64,000 nt of DNA from Deinococcus sp. (GCA_965261005.1 OZ253375.1:224001-288000); one strand, 5' to 3'. Shown: positions 42,507-61,515, counted from the stretch's first letter. Program-made: numbers and translations. Notes: generated from the letters alone by a model not told the origin.

Positions 42507-42989
42507 GTGACCCTCGACCCCCACGAGTCCGAGGCGGATGCCGCCATCAGGACGCTGCTGGCCTCGCACAACGACGGCGCCGACGTTTCCGCCTCCCCAG
42601 GCCCGCACCTCACCATCGTGACCTGCATGGACTTCCGCATCCATTTGCGCCTGCCGGAGAACTTCGCCTTCGTGCTGCGCACCGGGGGCGCCAATCCCCG
42701 GCCGGTCGAGCCGTACCTTGCCTTCAGCGTCGCCCGCCCCGGCATTCACGCCGTGGCCCTGATCGGCCACACCGACTGCGCGATGGTGCGGCCGGACCCC
42801 GACGTGGTGAACGATTTGCCCATTGAGGAGGAACAAAAGCGGCTCTACCGCGGTGAGATCGCCGGCCTCGCCATCGCGGACGCGCCCGCCTTCACCCGCC
42901 GCGAGGCGTCGCGCTTGGAAGGGCGCCTGGGCCTGCCGGTGGTGCCGCTGCTGTACCGGGTGGAGGACCACAAGCTGGAAAGGTTGTAG
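42507..42989 (+). CDS. Beta-class carbonic anhydrase-like protein
   Basis: TCMDFR and GHTDC zinc motifs; GTG start 7 nt after -10-like TATCCT. Confidence 0.72.
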   Translation: MTLDPHESEADAAIRTLLASHNDGADVSASPGPHLTIVTCMDFRIHLRLPENFAFVLRTGGANPRPVEPYLAFSVARPGIHAVALIGHTDCAMVRPDPDVVNDLPIEEEQKRLYRGEIAGLAIADAPAFTRREASRLEGRLGLPVVPLLYRVEDHKLERL

Positions 42990-43056
42990 GAGACCCTCAC
43001 CCCAAAACGTGCCCGCCCTCCCGTCCCCACCGTCCAGAAGCGCCAGAATACTCTTC

Positions 43057-43596
43057 ATGAGCGAACAAACTGCCATTCTGGCCGGGGGCTGCTTTTGGTG
43101 CACCGAGGCCGTGTTTCAGGATTTAAAGGGCGTCAGCAAGGTCGAGTCGGGCTACATCGGCGGCACGGCCAAGAACCCCACTTATGAGCAAGTCTGCGGC
43201 GGTGACACCGGCCACGCCGAGGCCGTCAAGGTCACCTACGACCCGGATGTGATTCCCTATCAGGACATTCTGGGCGTCTTTTTTGCCACCCACGACCCCA
43301 CCCAGCTGAATAAGCAGGGGCACGACGTCGGCACCCAGTACCGCTCGGCCGTCTTCTACCAATCGGACGAGGAGAAGCAGCGGGCCGAGGAGGTCATCCG
43401 CGACCTCAACGCCCGGCACATCTGGGACGCGCCCATCGTGACCACGCTGGAACCGGCTGGCACCTTCTACAAGGCGGAGAACTACCACCAGGACTACTTC
43501 AAGAACAACCCGGTCCAGCCCTACTGCATGGCCGTGGTCGCCCCCAAGGTCATCAAGTTCCGCAAGCAGTTCTCGGACCGGTTGAAGTCGGCATAG
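43057..43596 (+). CDS. msrA: Peptide-methionine (S)-S-oxide reductase
   Basis: [33 protein letters not shown]. Confidence 0.97.
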   Translation: MSEQTAILAGGCFWCTEAVFQDLKGVSKVESGYIGGTAKNPTYEQVCGGDTGHAEAVKVTYDPDVIPYQDILGVFFATHDPTQLNKQGHDVGTQYRSAVFYQSDEEKQRAEEVIRDLNARHIWDAPIVTTLEPAGTFYKAENYHQDYFKNNPVQPYCMAVVAPKVIKFRKQFSDRLKSA

Positions 43597-43641
43597 CAGG
43601 GGAGAGTGAGCCGCCCGGTATTCGTGCTGGGCGGCTCTTCT

Positions 43642-44274
43642 TTACAGCTTGGCGAGCTGCCCCTCGTAATCTGCTCGTGCCCGTTCGGCCACCGGGGCGC
43701 TCAGCAGCCGGCGCAGGTATTCGGCCGAGGGCCGCTTGTCGTAGAAAACCTCGAACAGCTCCAGCACGGTCGGCCACTCCTCCTGCACGGCCCAGCGCTC
43801 GACCGGGTCGCCCGCCTCAACCCCGCCCTCCTCCAGCACGCGGGTGTAAAAGCCGGGCCGCCGCGCCTCGCGGAACTTCTTGACAAAGGCGGGGTCGCCC
43901 ATGCGCGCCGCGAAGGTGTCGCAGGGAATGCGCGGCGCCGTGACCTCCAGCAGCACCCCGCCCACTTTGTAGCGGTCGCCCACCCGCACCTCTGGCCCGG
44001 CCAGGTCCAGGGTGACATTCTCGCCGAAGGTGCCGGGCGCGAGGGGTTCGCCCAATTGCTCCGCCCACCAGTCGTAGTCCTCCCGGCTGTAGAGGTACAC
44101 CGCCTGGTCGGGGCCGCCGTGGTGCTTGGTCGCGACGATGTGGTCCCCGGTCAGACCCAAATGGGTCACGCGCACCGCGCCCGTGACGGGCTTCTTGACG
44201 ATGCCGGTCGTCTTGGGCTTGTCCCCGATCAGAACTTCTTCCCGCTGGCCGACGTTGACGGAGAGAACGCGCAT
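43642..44274 (-). CDS. MOSC domain protein (YiiM-like)
   Basis: HHGGPDQAV, PGTFGENVT, PRIPC, GFYTRVLEEG. Confidence 0.9.
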   Translation of the reverse strand: MRVLSVNVGQREEVLIGDKPKTTGIVKKPVTGAVRVTHLGLTGDHIVATKHHGGPDQAVYLYSREDYDWWAEQLGEPLAPGTFGENVTLDLAGPEVRVGDRYKVGGVLLEVTAPRIPCDTFAARMGDPAFVKKFREARRPGFYTRVLEEGGVEAGDPVERWAVQEEWPTVLELFEVFYDKRPSAEYLRRLLSAPVAERARADYEGQLAKL

Positions 44275-44291
44275 GGGGACAGCATAAGCCA

Positions 44292-44879
44292 CTACAGGCG
44301 CGGCGGCGAGGGCGGCCCGTCCTCGCCCGAGAGCGGGACGTTCTCGTACACGTCCGCCAGCGTGAGCGTCACGGGCGGGCACGGCAGCGTCAGCGCGCCG
44401 TCCTCGATCAGGTCATACATCCACGCTTCGCCCTGGCGCCGGTACACCTCCAGCCGCACGGCGTCCTGCGAAACCAGGACGTACGCTTCCAGCGAGGGCA
44501 GCTTGAGGTACTGGCGCAGCTTCTCGCCCCGGTCCACGGCCGCCGTGGACGGCGACAGCACCTCCACGATCAGACACGGGGCGCGTTTGAAGTGCGTCTC
44601 GTCGTCGGCGGACTCGCACACGACCATCACGTCCGGGTAATAGAACAGGCGCTCTTGCACGCGCACCAACACGCTGCTGATGTACGTCCGGCAGTTGGAG
44701 CGGCGGGTCGCGCTCCACAGCAGACCGCCGATGTTGGTCGTCAGGCGGTTATGAGCGTCCGACGCGCCGCCCATCGCAAAGAGGCGCCCGTCCACGTACT
44801 CGCTCTTGTGGGGCGCGCCGTCCTCACGCTGGAGGTACGCCTCGACGCTCAGGCGTTCTTCGGCGGCGGGTTGGGCCAT
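44292..44879 (-). CDS. Uma2 family putative endonuclease
   Basis: EYVDG..AMGG.S..H, YYPDVMV, IVEVLSPST..DRGEK. Confidence 0.9.
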   Translation of the reverse strand: MAQPAAEERLSVEAYLQREDGAPHKSEYVDGRLFAMGGASDAHNRLTTNIGGLLWSATRRSNCRTYISSVLVRVQERLFYYPDVMVVCESADDETHFKRAPCLIVEVLSPSTAAVDRGEKLRQYLKLPSLEAYVLVSQDAVRLEVYRRQGEAWMYDLIEDGALTLPCPPVTLTLADVYENVPLSGEDGPPSPPRL

Positions 44880-44927
44880 GCCTCAGTGTAACGGGGTTAG
44901 CAGGGTGGGGAGGGTGTCGTGCGAATC

Positions 44928-45482
44928 TCAGTCCGCCGCTTGCCCCCGCAACTCTGGCAGCTGCGCCAGCAGCAGCTTGTGCAGTTCGGCGGGGGTATAC
45001 GGTTGCCGGGCGTCCAGGCGCTTGAGGGGCAGACCGGCGCTGCGAAAGACCAGGTCCTTCACGGCGTCGCGCCCCTGCTGGATGGTGCTTTCGTGTGAAG
45101 CTCCGTCAAGCTCGATGGCGCACACAGGCTGATAATCGCTGGCCGTCACGATCAAGAAGTCAACATGCTTGTCGCGCAGCCGGGCATAGACGCCGTGCCG
45201 CTCCTTCCCACCTGCCTTGATGAGAAAGAGGTCGTTGAGCCGGACATTGGGAAAGACCAGGTAGGGCGCGCCGTCGAGTGTTTTGGTCAGCACTCCAAAG
45301 AAGGTGTTCTCACTTCTGGAGAAGAAGTAACGCTTGGTTTGCACGGGCAACGAATCGGGCAGGTCTTTTCTTCGCTCCTGCCTGTGTTCCTGTATGGGCG
45401 TGCTGATGGCGCTTGCGCCCTTCGAGCGGGCGAGCGCTATCAGCACGCCAATCACCACGACGATGAGCAGCAAGGAGAGCAC
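44928..45482 (-). CDS. DUF2726 domain protein
   Basis: N-terminal TM, FPNVRLNDL, KHVDFLI, IELDGASH, RDAVKD; GTG start inferred. Confidence 0.8.
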   Translation of the reverse strand: MLSLLLIVVVIGVLIALARSKGASAISTPIQEHRQERRKDLPDSLPVQTKRYFFSRSENTFFGVLTKTLDGAPYLVFPNVRLNDLFLIKAGGKERHGVYARLRDKHVDFLIVTASDYQPVCAIELDGASHESTIQQGRDAVKDLVFRSAGLPLKRLDARQPYTPAELHKLLLAQLPELRGQAAD

Positions 45483-45656
45483 GAGGAGAGTGTAACCGAT
45501 GGCCCCGCGCCCCTCAATCGCGCGGCCGTCCGGCCGTGAAGCGCACCGTTTCCCCCAAGGCCGCCGCACCGACATCCCTCGTACGGGCCACCAGAATCTC
45601 GTCCTCGCCGCCCAGGATGACCGTCTCCTCGCCTCGTTTTGAGGGGTGGTCGGAGG

Positions 45657-46818
45657 CTCAGTACCCGACAGGTTGCTGAGGCGGAGCAAGGACCGGGAAG
45701 AGCAGGGCCAGACAGGACCTGGCGCGCTCAAGATTCCACTTGAGGGCGTCCACAAGCAGATCGAGGCCGGTCAGGAAGGTGCTCTTGGCTTTGCGCCCGT
45801 GCGTTTTGAGCCGTACGGGCGCCTCTTGTTCCCGCACCAGACCGACCAGCAGCGCCCAGACGAAGGCGACCGTGAGCAAGCTGACCAGCGTTTCGATGCG
45901 GGCAGGGTCGGTCATGTGGGTCGCCTCCAGATTGAGGCCGCGCAGTTTGTAAGCGCCGAAGGTGCATTCGATGGACCAGCGCGACCGGTAGCGCTCACAG
46001 GTGTCGAACAGCGAGAGGTCCGAAGCGATCACAACGCGCTCACCTTCGCTGGACAGTGTGGCAACCACCTGCATCTCAGCGCCGTAGACCACCTCTTTGT
46101 CGAGCAGGCCGCGCACCTCGCCGGGCGTCAGGTGTGCAAAGGCGTCTCGAACCGCGATGTCATCGAGCAGGGTGTCCTCACGAATGCGGATGCAGCGCTT
46201 GAGCCGTCGTTGTTCCAGGGCCGCGAACCAGTCTTTGCCCACGAACTCACGGTCGGCCAGCAGCACCGCAATGCGCTGTGCGGGAATGACGCTCAGCAGC
46301 CGGTCGAGCAGCGCGATGCGCGCGGCAGTCGAACTGGCGCCGCCGTGGTCCAGCACGTCCCACACCAAGGGGAGAGCGTAGCCAGCAAACACCGCCCCAA
46401 TCACCAAGATGTTGTGATCATATTGCCCATAGCGCCAGTTGGTGCGGTCCATCGCGAGCGTCAACTTGCCGCTCCCCAACAGCGGCAGGATCAGTTGGGC
46501 GGCCTCGTGCTGAGTGAAGGTCTCTGCGGCGAAGAAGCGGGCGACGCGACGTTCTTTGCTTTCGGGTCGGGCGTCACCCGGCAAGTGCTGAGCGAGTTTG
46601 CGGTGAGTGACGTGCTGGGCGTGGACGGTAGCGAGCAACATATCGGCGAGACGAGCGCGCTGGTCAGAGCGGCGTCCGGGCAGGTGTTGCGCGACGAGCG
46701 CGCGCAGGGTAGCGTCAGCAGTGCCGGGGGGCTGGGTACTCATCAACCACAGTTTGCCCCGGCTCTGCTGTCTCTCCTCGTGTCACACAACCTTTAGACC
46801 TTCCTGTCGGGTACTGAG
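45657..46818 (-). mobile_element. IS4-family-like insertion sequence
   Basis: Perfect 16-bp TIR CTCAGTACCCGACAGG/CCTGTCGGGTACTGAG bracketing a DDE transposase. Confidence 0.9.
45658..46746 (-). CDS. IS4-family DDE transposase
   Basis: LAMDRTNW, LLADREFVG, YRSRWSIECTFGAYK (Y-R-E-K signature). Confidence 0.9.
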   Translation of the reverse strand: MMSTQPPGTADATLRALVAQHLPGRRSDQRARLADMLLATVHAQHVTHRKLAQHLPGDARPESKERRVARFFAAETFTQHEAAQLILPLLGSGKLTLAMDRTNWRYGQYDHNILVIGAVFAGYALPLVWDVLDHGGASSTAARIALLDRLLSVIPAQRIAVLLADREFVGKDWFAALEQRRLKRCIRIREDTLLDDIAVRDAFAHLTPGEVRGLLDKEVVYGAEMQVVATLSSEGERVVIASDLSLFDTCERYRSRWSIECTFGAYKLRGLNLEATHMTDPARIETLVSLLTVAFVWALLVGLVREQEAPVRLKTHGRKAKSTFLTGLDLLVDALKWNLERARSCLALLFPVLAPPQQPVGY

Positions 46819-46944
46819 CTGCTGACTACCCCTCAACACGCCGGATGAGTTGGGCAGGGAATTTTTAGAAGGGGGACAGGAGCGGAGCAGGAGGTCCCGG
46901 AGGTGAAGCATAGGCAAATTTTAAGGCTAATGACCGAAGGGCGT

Positions 46945-47064
46945 TCATAGCTTCAGAAAGCGGGCGCGGGACAGCTGCGTTTCGGCCAACTGCAACTGCT
47001 GGGCATCTCGGATGCCCAGCAGGTTTTTCAGCGTGCCGTTCGGTTGGAGATAGGGGTCGGCCAC
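46945..47064 (-). pseudogene. Truncated Fic (VbhT/FicT-like) toxin remnant, 39 aa
   Basis: MADPYLQPNGTLKNLLGIRDAQQLQLAE is a typical Fic N-terminus; stops at 46945; no HPFxxGNGR found. Confidence 0.7.
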
Positions 47065-47068
47065 AACC

Positions 47069-47263
47069 TCACTTCTGGCTGTAGTGGGCCAGCAGTTGGT
47101 CGTGTAACTCGTCGGCGCTGAGGTGGCCCTCGACGTACTCCTCGAACAGCGGTTCGGTGACTGGGTCCGGCGTCAGCCCTTCCAGCCGCGCCTCGCTGCG
47201 GGCGTGGTTCACCGCCTCGCGGCGCCGCTCACGCTCCGTCTTGACGTGTTCCTCCACGGTCAT
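47069..47263 (-). CDS. VbhA/FicA-like antitoxin
   Basis: RRREAVNHARSEARLEGLTPDP...YVEGHLS; directly upstream of the Fic remnant. Confidence 0.78.
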   Translation of the reverse strand: MTVEEHVKTERERRREAVNHARSEARLEGLTPDPVTEPLFEEYVEGHLSADELHDQLLAHYSQK

Positions 47264-47296
47264 GTCTCGCCTCCGCATCGTTCTGAACGCAGTTTA

Positions 47297-49771
<2,475 letters not shown>

Positions 49772-49786
49772 AGGTCCTCCAAAAGC

Positions 49787-49892
49787 AAAAAGAAAGCCCC
49801 GGCCCATCACAAGCCGGGGACGGTCGCGCGCCGGAAGTCTAGCCGCGAGGTCCCCACTTGGTAAGCGCAGAGCGAATCACCCGCCCAGTCTA
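49787..49892 (-). promoter_or_regulatory. leuS leader: leaderless 13-aa peptide and terminator/antiterminator (putative attenuator)
   Basis: -10 TAGACT, ORF 49880-49839 ([13 protein letters not shown]), terminator CCCCGGC/GCCGGGG-CTTTCTTTTT, competing GGGGAC/GTCCCC pairing. Confidence 0.6.
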
Positions 49893-49935
49893 GAGCGCAG
49901 TCAAAGCGGGGTCAACCACGCGCCCCGCTGCCACG

Positions 49936-50745
49936 TCACGGCAAGCGCCCCTCAATCCACCCCGCCACCTGCTCCAGCGCCCGCTCGCTTTCCAGGTCGT
50001 TGAACAGCTCGTGGTAGCCGCCCGGCACCTCCCACAGCTCCTTGTCCTGGCTGGCGATCTCGCGGGCGAAGCGGCGCGATCCCTCCACCGTGATCAGCCG
50101 GTCGGCGTCGCCGTGGATGACCAGGGTAGGTAGGGTCCAGCCGCTCAGGCGCGGCCACAAGTCGTCGCCGCCGCGCATCATCTCGTGCCCGCTGCGCGCC
50201 TTGACCTTGCCCTGATAGCACAGCGGGTCGGCCTTGAAGTGGACGTCCACCTCCTCGCGCCGGGACAGCACGCCGTCCTTGACGGCGCCCACGGCTACGC
50301 CCGGCGCGACAAAGCTCAGGACGCCCGACAGGCGCCGTACCAGCGCCGGCTCGTCCTGACCCACGATCAGGGCGGGGGAGGAGAGCACCACGCCCGTGAG
50401 GCCGCGAGGGTCACGCGCCACGCTCAGGGCCGTTACCAAACCGCCCAAGCTGTGACCCAGCGCGAAGAGGGGTACTTTTACGTTTTTACGCAACCATTCG
50501 CGCGCCGCGAGGTGGTCCCCCGTCAGCTCGTCCACGCGAAAGAGGGCGCGCGGCCCCACCGAATTGCCGTGCCCGCGCTGGTCGTAGCCGTAGACGCTGA
50601 CGTCCGCCGCGTTCAGCGCCTGGGTGACGTGCCTGTACCGTCCCAGGTGCTCGCCGTAGCCGTGCAGCAGCAAGACCGCGCCGCGCGGCCGGTCCACTGG
50701 GGCGGCGTAGCCCGCCAGCGGTAACCCGAAGTCCCAATTCTCCAT
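49936..50745 (-). CDS. Alpha/beta hydrolase (lysophospholipase/monoglyceride lipase-like)
   Basis: HGYGEH, DQRGHG, GHSLGG, GGYHEL. Confidence 0.9.
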   Translation of the reverse strand: MENWDFGLPLAGYAAPVDRPRGAVLLLHGYGEHLGRYRHVTQALNAADVSVYGYDQRGHGNSVGPRALFRVDELTGDHLAAREWLRKNVKVPLFALGHSLGGLVTALSVARDPRGLTGVVLSSPALIVGQDEPALVRRLSGVLSFVAPGVAVGAVKDGVLSRREEVDVHFKADPLCYQGKVKARSGHEMMRGGDDLWPRLSGWTLPTLVIHGDADRLITVEGSRRFAREIASQDKELWEVPGGYHELFNDLESERALEQVAGWIEGRLP

Positions 50746-50813
50746 GCATCATCCTACTTTAGAAAATCTTGTGCTCCCCGCCTCCTCCCCGAATCAGCCG
50801 CTAGCATTCCCCC

Positions 50814-51251
50814 ATGGCCATTGACAGAACGGCAAGCGCCCGCTGGACCGGCGACTTGCGTAAGGGGAGCGGCATCGTCAGCACCGAGAGCGGCGCCCTG
50901 CAAGAACAGCCCTACAGCTTCCGCACCCGCTTCGAGAACGAACCCGGCACCAACCCCGAGGAGCTGCTGGCCGCCTCGCACGCCGGCTGCTTCACCATGG
51001 CCTTTTCGGGCGTGCTGCAAAGTGCGGGCCACACGCCGAAGGTGCTGGCCACCGAGGCGACCTGCCACATGGACCAGGTGGACGGCGGCTTCAAGGTGAC
51101 CGAGATGCACCTGAAGGTGCGCGGCAGCGCCGAGGGCCTCGACCAGCAACAGTTTCAGCAGCTGGCCGAGCAGGCCGAGCAAGGCTGCCCGATTTCCAAC
51201 GTGCTGCGCGGCAACGTCAAGGTGAGCGTCGAGGCGACCTACGAGCCGTAA
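50814..51251 (+). CDS. osmC: OsmC family peroxiredoxin
   Basis: GTNPEELLAASHAGCF, GCPIS. Confidence 0.93.
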   Translation: MAIDRTASARWTGDLRKGSGIVSTESGALQEQPYSFRTRFENEPGTNPEELLAASHAGCFTMAFSGVLQSAGHTPKVLATEATCHMDQVDGGFKVTEMHLKVRGSAEGLDQQQFQQLAEQAEQGCPISNVLRGNVKVSVEATYEP

Positions 51252-51263
51252 GCGAGCTTGAGC

Positions 51264-51295
51264 GAGCGGGGCCGTCCCTGTTGACGGCCCCGCTC
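51264..51295 (+). terminator. Terminator-like hairpin
   Basis: GAGCGGGGCCGTC/GACGGCCCCGCTC stem after osmC. Confidence 0.65.
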
Positions 51296-51318
51296 TCCAT
51301 TCCTCTAGACTGCGGGCC

Positions 51319-52953
<1,635 letters not shown>

Positions 52954-52965
52954 AAACTAGGGGCA

Positions 52966-52999
52966 TTAAAAAACCGGGGCCGAAGCCCCGGTTTTTAAA
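52966..52999. terminator. Bidirectional intrinsic terminator
   Basis: AAAAAACCGGGGC-CGAA-GCCCCGGTTTTT between convergent genes. Confidence 0.88.
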
Positions 53000-53006
53000 T
53001 CTTCGC

Positions 53007-53711
53007 TCAGTTTCTGCTCGACCCGCCCAGGCCGAACAGACGCAGCACGAACAGGAACAGGTTGATGAAGTCGAGGTACAAACTCAGCGCGCCGTAGACA
53101 GCCAACTTCTCGCCGTGTTCGCTGCTGGCGTCCACGCCCGATAAGGCGATGGCGCGCAGCTTCTGGGTGTCGTAGGCGGTCAGGGCGCTGAACAGGATCA
53201 CGCCGATAATGCTGGTGATCCAGGTGAACAGGGTGGAGGCCAGGAAGATGTTCACGACCATGGCGATCACCAAGCCGATCAAGGCCATCATCAAAACCGT
53301 GCGCCACTTACTCAAATCCGCCTTGGTGGTGTAGCCGATCAGGCTCATGGCGCCGAACATGCCGGCGCTGACCACGAAAGCCGAGGTGATCTGGTTTCCG
53401 GAGTAGACCATCGAGAGGGTCGCGAAGGTCAGGCCGTTCAGGGCGGCGTAGCCCATAAACAGGGCGCTGGCGACGGTGGCGCTGACGCGGTTGAGCAAAA
53501 AGCCGAGGCCGAACACCACGCCCAGCTGGACGAGCATCAGCGGCAGCAGGTTGCGTGACACGGTGAAGAGCAATTGCTCGTTGACCGCCGTCAGGTACGC
53601 GATAATGGCAGTCAGGACCAGGCCCGCGCCCATCCAGCTGTAGGTGCGGTTGAAAAAAGAGCGGACGGACGTGGCGCTGGCTTGGGTCAGGGTGTTGGGA
53701 TTGGTGTACAA
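53007..53711 (-). CDS. Bax inhibitor-1/YccA family membrane protein
   Basis: TAYDTQKLR, GALSLYLDFINLF; TTG start with AAGGAG RBS. Confidence 0.92.
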   Translation of the reverse strand: MYTNPNTLTQASATSVRSFFNRTYSWMGAGLVLTAIIAYLTAVNEQLLFTVSRNLLPLMLVQLGVVFGLGFLLNRVSATVASALFMGYAALNGLTFATLSMVYSGNQITSAFVVSAGMFGAMSLIGYTTKADLSKWRTVLMMALIGLVIAMVVNIFLASTLFTWITSIIGVILFSALTAYDTQKLRAIALSGVDASSEHGEKLAVYGALSLYLDFINLFLFVLRLFGLGGSSRN

Positions 53712-53830
53712 GGCGGCTCCTTTAAAGCTATATACGGGTTGACGTCCGGCAAAGTTCCCGAAGGCCGAGTTGTCGCCCTGGGGTGACTGTAGCAAATTCG
53801 GCGTGGGCGAACTGTCCGCTCCAGCGCCGG

Positions 53831-54214
53831 TCAGCGAATCAGACGAATGGGAACGCCGACGTTGACCTTTTGCCAGGCCCGGTCGGCGGTGAGGACTTCG
53901 GCGCGGAACCTGCGGGCGAGGCTCAGGCAGGCACGGTCGCCCAATGAGAGGCCGTAGGCCCGTGTCTGTTCCCACAGATCTGCCGCGTTCTCGGCATCTT
54001 GCGAGTCAAACGCAATGATTTGTAGCCCCATCGCGGGTAAACCCCTCGCCGTCGTGACGGGATTCAAGCCGAACGAGCGTATCTTCTGCAAGACCTCGCT
54101 CCAATTCACGCTTGACACCAGAGCGCCCCGAACCACAGGTTCAACTTCGCGGGCGCCAATCTCTTCGCGAACCAGGGCGAGAATCGCCGAAGCGTCGAGG
54201 ACGATGGTGCTCAA
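53831..54214 (-). CDS. PIN-domain toxin (VapC-like)
   Basis: VLDASAILA, VNWSEV, LSLGDRACL, LTADR. Confidence 0.9.
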   Translation of the reverse strand: MSTIVLDASAILALVREEIGAREVEPVVRGALVSSVNWSEVLQKIRSFGLNPVTTARGLPAMGLQIIAFDSQDAENAADLWEQTRAYGLSLGDRACLSLARRFRAEVLTADRAWQKVNVGVPIRLIR

Positions 54215-54486
54215 CCCCTCTCCACAACGCCCGCCTCGCGCTTCGCCTCTTCACGGCGTTCTTTGATCAGTTCCTCCGAGAGCAGCACGTCTTGGGGAAG
54301 ACCGGCCAGACTTGCCCGAATACGTCTCAAGATCGCCTCCGGTTTTTCGAGGACCAGCCGGTCTTGCTCCACGTGCGCGACCAACTGGTCGCCGCTCTCC
54401 AACTGAAGTTCTCGCCTCAGCTCCGCTGGAATGACGACCCTTCCTTGAGGGCCGAGCTGTAAGGTGTGGGTTTTATTGGTTGTCAT
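54211..54486 (-). CDS. AbrB-type antitoxin (VapB-like)
   Basis: GPQGRVVIPAELRRELQLESGD; 4-nt overlap with toxin. Confidence 0.9.
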   Translation of the reverse strand: MTTNKTHTLQLGPQGRVVIPAELRRELQLESGDQLVAHVEQDRLVLEKPEAILRRIRASLAGLPQDVLLSEELIKERREEAKREAGVVERG

Positions 54487-54504
54487 GCCTAATTATGGCA
54501 TGAC
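54482..54504. promoter_or_regulatory. Putative TA autoregulatory operator
   Basis: Inverted repeat GTCATGCC-N7-GGCATGAC covering the -10 region and antitoxin start codon. Confidence 0.6.
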
Positions 54505-54519
54505 TGTCTATTGGTGGCA

Positions 54520-57305
<2,786 letters not shown>

Positions 57306-57309
<4 letters not shown>

Positions 57310-59099
57310 GAACGCGGGCCGCCCAGCAGCGTGGCCGAGCGGGGAGCTAACGTGTCGCCTTGCTCGGGGGCCGTGCCGAACAGGCGCGAAAAGCCGTCCA
57401 GCTTCACACCTTCAGGCCGCTTCGCCCCTTCGTGCCCGAAGTTGACCAGCACCACCCGCTCCTGGTCCCCGTGCCAGCGCCGCACCCACAGCACGTCGCC
57501 CTCGCTTCCCACTTGCAGGTCACTTCGCGACTTGTGGCGCAGCACCGGGTCCTCGCGCCGCAGCCGCAACAGCTCCCTGTAGAGGGCGAGCGTGCGGGCG
57601 TGGTCCCCTTCCCCCATCTCCGCCCAGTTCAGCTTGGAGCGCGTGAAGGTCGTGTCCGCCTGCGGGTCGGGCAGCTCGGTCTTGCCAAAGGACTCGAAGC
57701 GCGCGAACTCCGCCAAACGCCCCTGCGACACCAGCTCCCCCAGCGCCCCGGCGTGGTCTGAGAAGAACTGGAAGGGCGTGCTGGCGGCCCACTCTTGCCC
57801 CTGGAACAGCAGCGGCACCATCGGCAGGGTCAGCAGCAGCGCGCTGGCAGCTAAAAATCCGTCTTGACCCGCCGTCGCCGGCAAGCGGTCGCCCACGGCG
57901 CGGTTGCCGATTTGGTCGTGGTTCTGGATGAAGTAGACCAGGTTGCTGGCCCCCAGGTCGTCGGCCGGTTGGCCGCGCCCGTGGTCGCCCATCAAATGGT
58001 CCTCCTCCAGCGGCCAGCGCTGCCCCTCGTACAGCCAGCCGCGCTCGATGGTGCGGGCCAATTCGCTCACCTGCGGTTTGAACGCCTGATAGTAGCCGTC
58101 CTGCTCTCCCGTCAGCGTGACGCGCACCTGGTGGTGAAAGTCGTCCACCCACACGCCGTCCATGTGGTACTCGGTGACCAGCCCCGGCAAGTTGCGGTAG
58201 TCCTCGCAGAACAGGAAGTGCCCGCCGCCGAGGGCGTGGACGTGCTGGGCCAGCTCCTCCAGGATGTGCAGGTCGCTGTCGTCCTCGATATTTTGGGTGG
58301 CGTCCAGCCGGAAGCCGTCGAAGCGGTAGTCGCGCAGCCAGTGCTCGGCGCTATCGAGGATCAGGTGGCGCATGAAGGGGTTGCCGTAGTCAAGCGCGTC
58401 CCCCCACGGCGTCTTGTGCGCGTGGGTGAAGTACTCGGGGCTGTAGGACGGCAGGTAGTTGCCGTCCGGCCCGAAGTGGTTGTAGACGATGTCCAGCAGC
58501 ACCACGAAGCCCGTGCGGTGCGCCTCGTCAATCAGGGTTTGTAACTCTTCCGGCGAGCCGTAGTCCGGGTAGGGCGCGAAGTGCGCCACGCCGTCGTAAC
58601 CCCAACCGCGCCCCCCCGGAAAGGTGGAGAGCGGCATCAGCTCGATGCAGTTGACGCCGAGGTCTTTGAGGTACGGCAGCTTTTCTTGCAGGGCCGCGTA
58701 GGTGCCTTCCGGCGTGAAGGTGCCGACGTGCAATTCGTAGATCACCAAGTCGGCGCGGGGAATGTTGGGCGTCCCGTGTTGGTATTTGAAGATGTTCTCC
58801 CAGACCACCGCCGGTTCGTGCACGCCGTCCGGCAGCCAGCGGGCGTAGGGATCGGGATAGATCTGGCCGTCCAGCTCGAACTTGTAGCGCGTTCCCGGCC
58901 CGACGTCCGGCAAGCTGACCTCGAACACGCCGTCGCCGACGGGCTTCATGGCGTGGCGGTCGGTCACGGATCCATCTGCGCCGTATAGCACCACCCCGGC
59001 GCTCCCGGCGCGGGTGCTCCAGAAACGAAAGGTGGTGCCGTTTTTTCCGGGCAGGGCGCCCAGCGACGTGCGCGCCCGAACAGAAACTGTGTCTTGCAT
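57306..59099 (-). CDS. treZ: Malto-oligosyltrehalose trehalohydrolase
   Basis: [30 protein letters not shown]. Confidence 0.95.
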
Positions 59100-59190
59100 A
59101 CAAACCTCCGTCGCTCGCCGCACAACGTCGGCGAGCAGCAAACCCCGCCAGTACAGCGCACGGCCGCCTGACGGGGTGTGAAAGGGAACT

Positions 59191-61329
<2,139 letters not shown>

Positions 61330-61515
61330 GGGTTCTCCAAAATGACGCGGTGTACAACGAAAACGGCCAGCGAATGGCCGAGGTCGGGTTGGATTCTGAC
61401 GGACCCGCAGGTCCGGGCAAAGCACGGTTCGGCCACACCTTCGGCCGGTTCTCAAGCTACCAGGAAATAGTCACAAAAACAGAGTTGAGAAGGCAATGTT
61501 AAGCCTGAACCCCGC

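Noticed and set aside
41730..42989. Genuine evolved TSUP-carbonic anhydrase fusion protein
   Set aside because: The linker is out-of-frame TSUP sequence; better explained by a single-base frameshift
49787..49900. T-box riboswitch upstream of leuS
   Set aside because: Leader is too short and no GGTGGNACCGCG T-box sequence is seen
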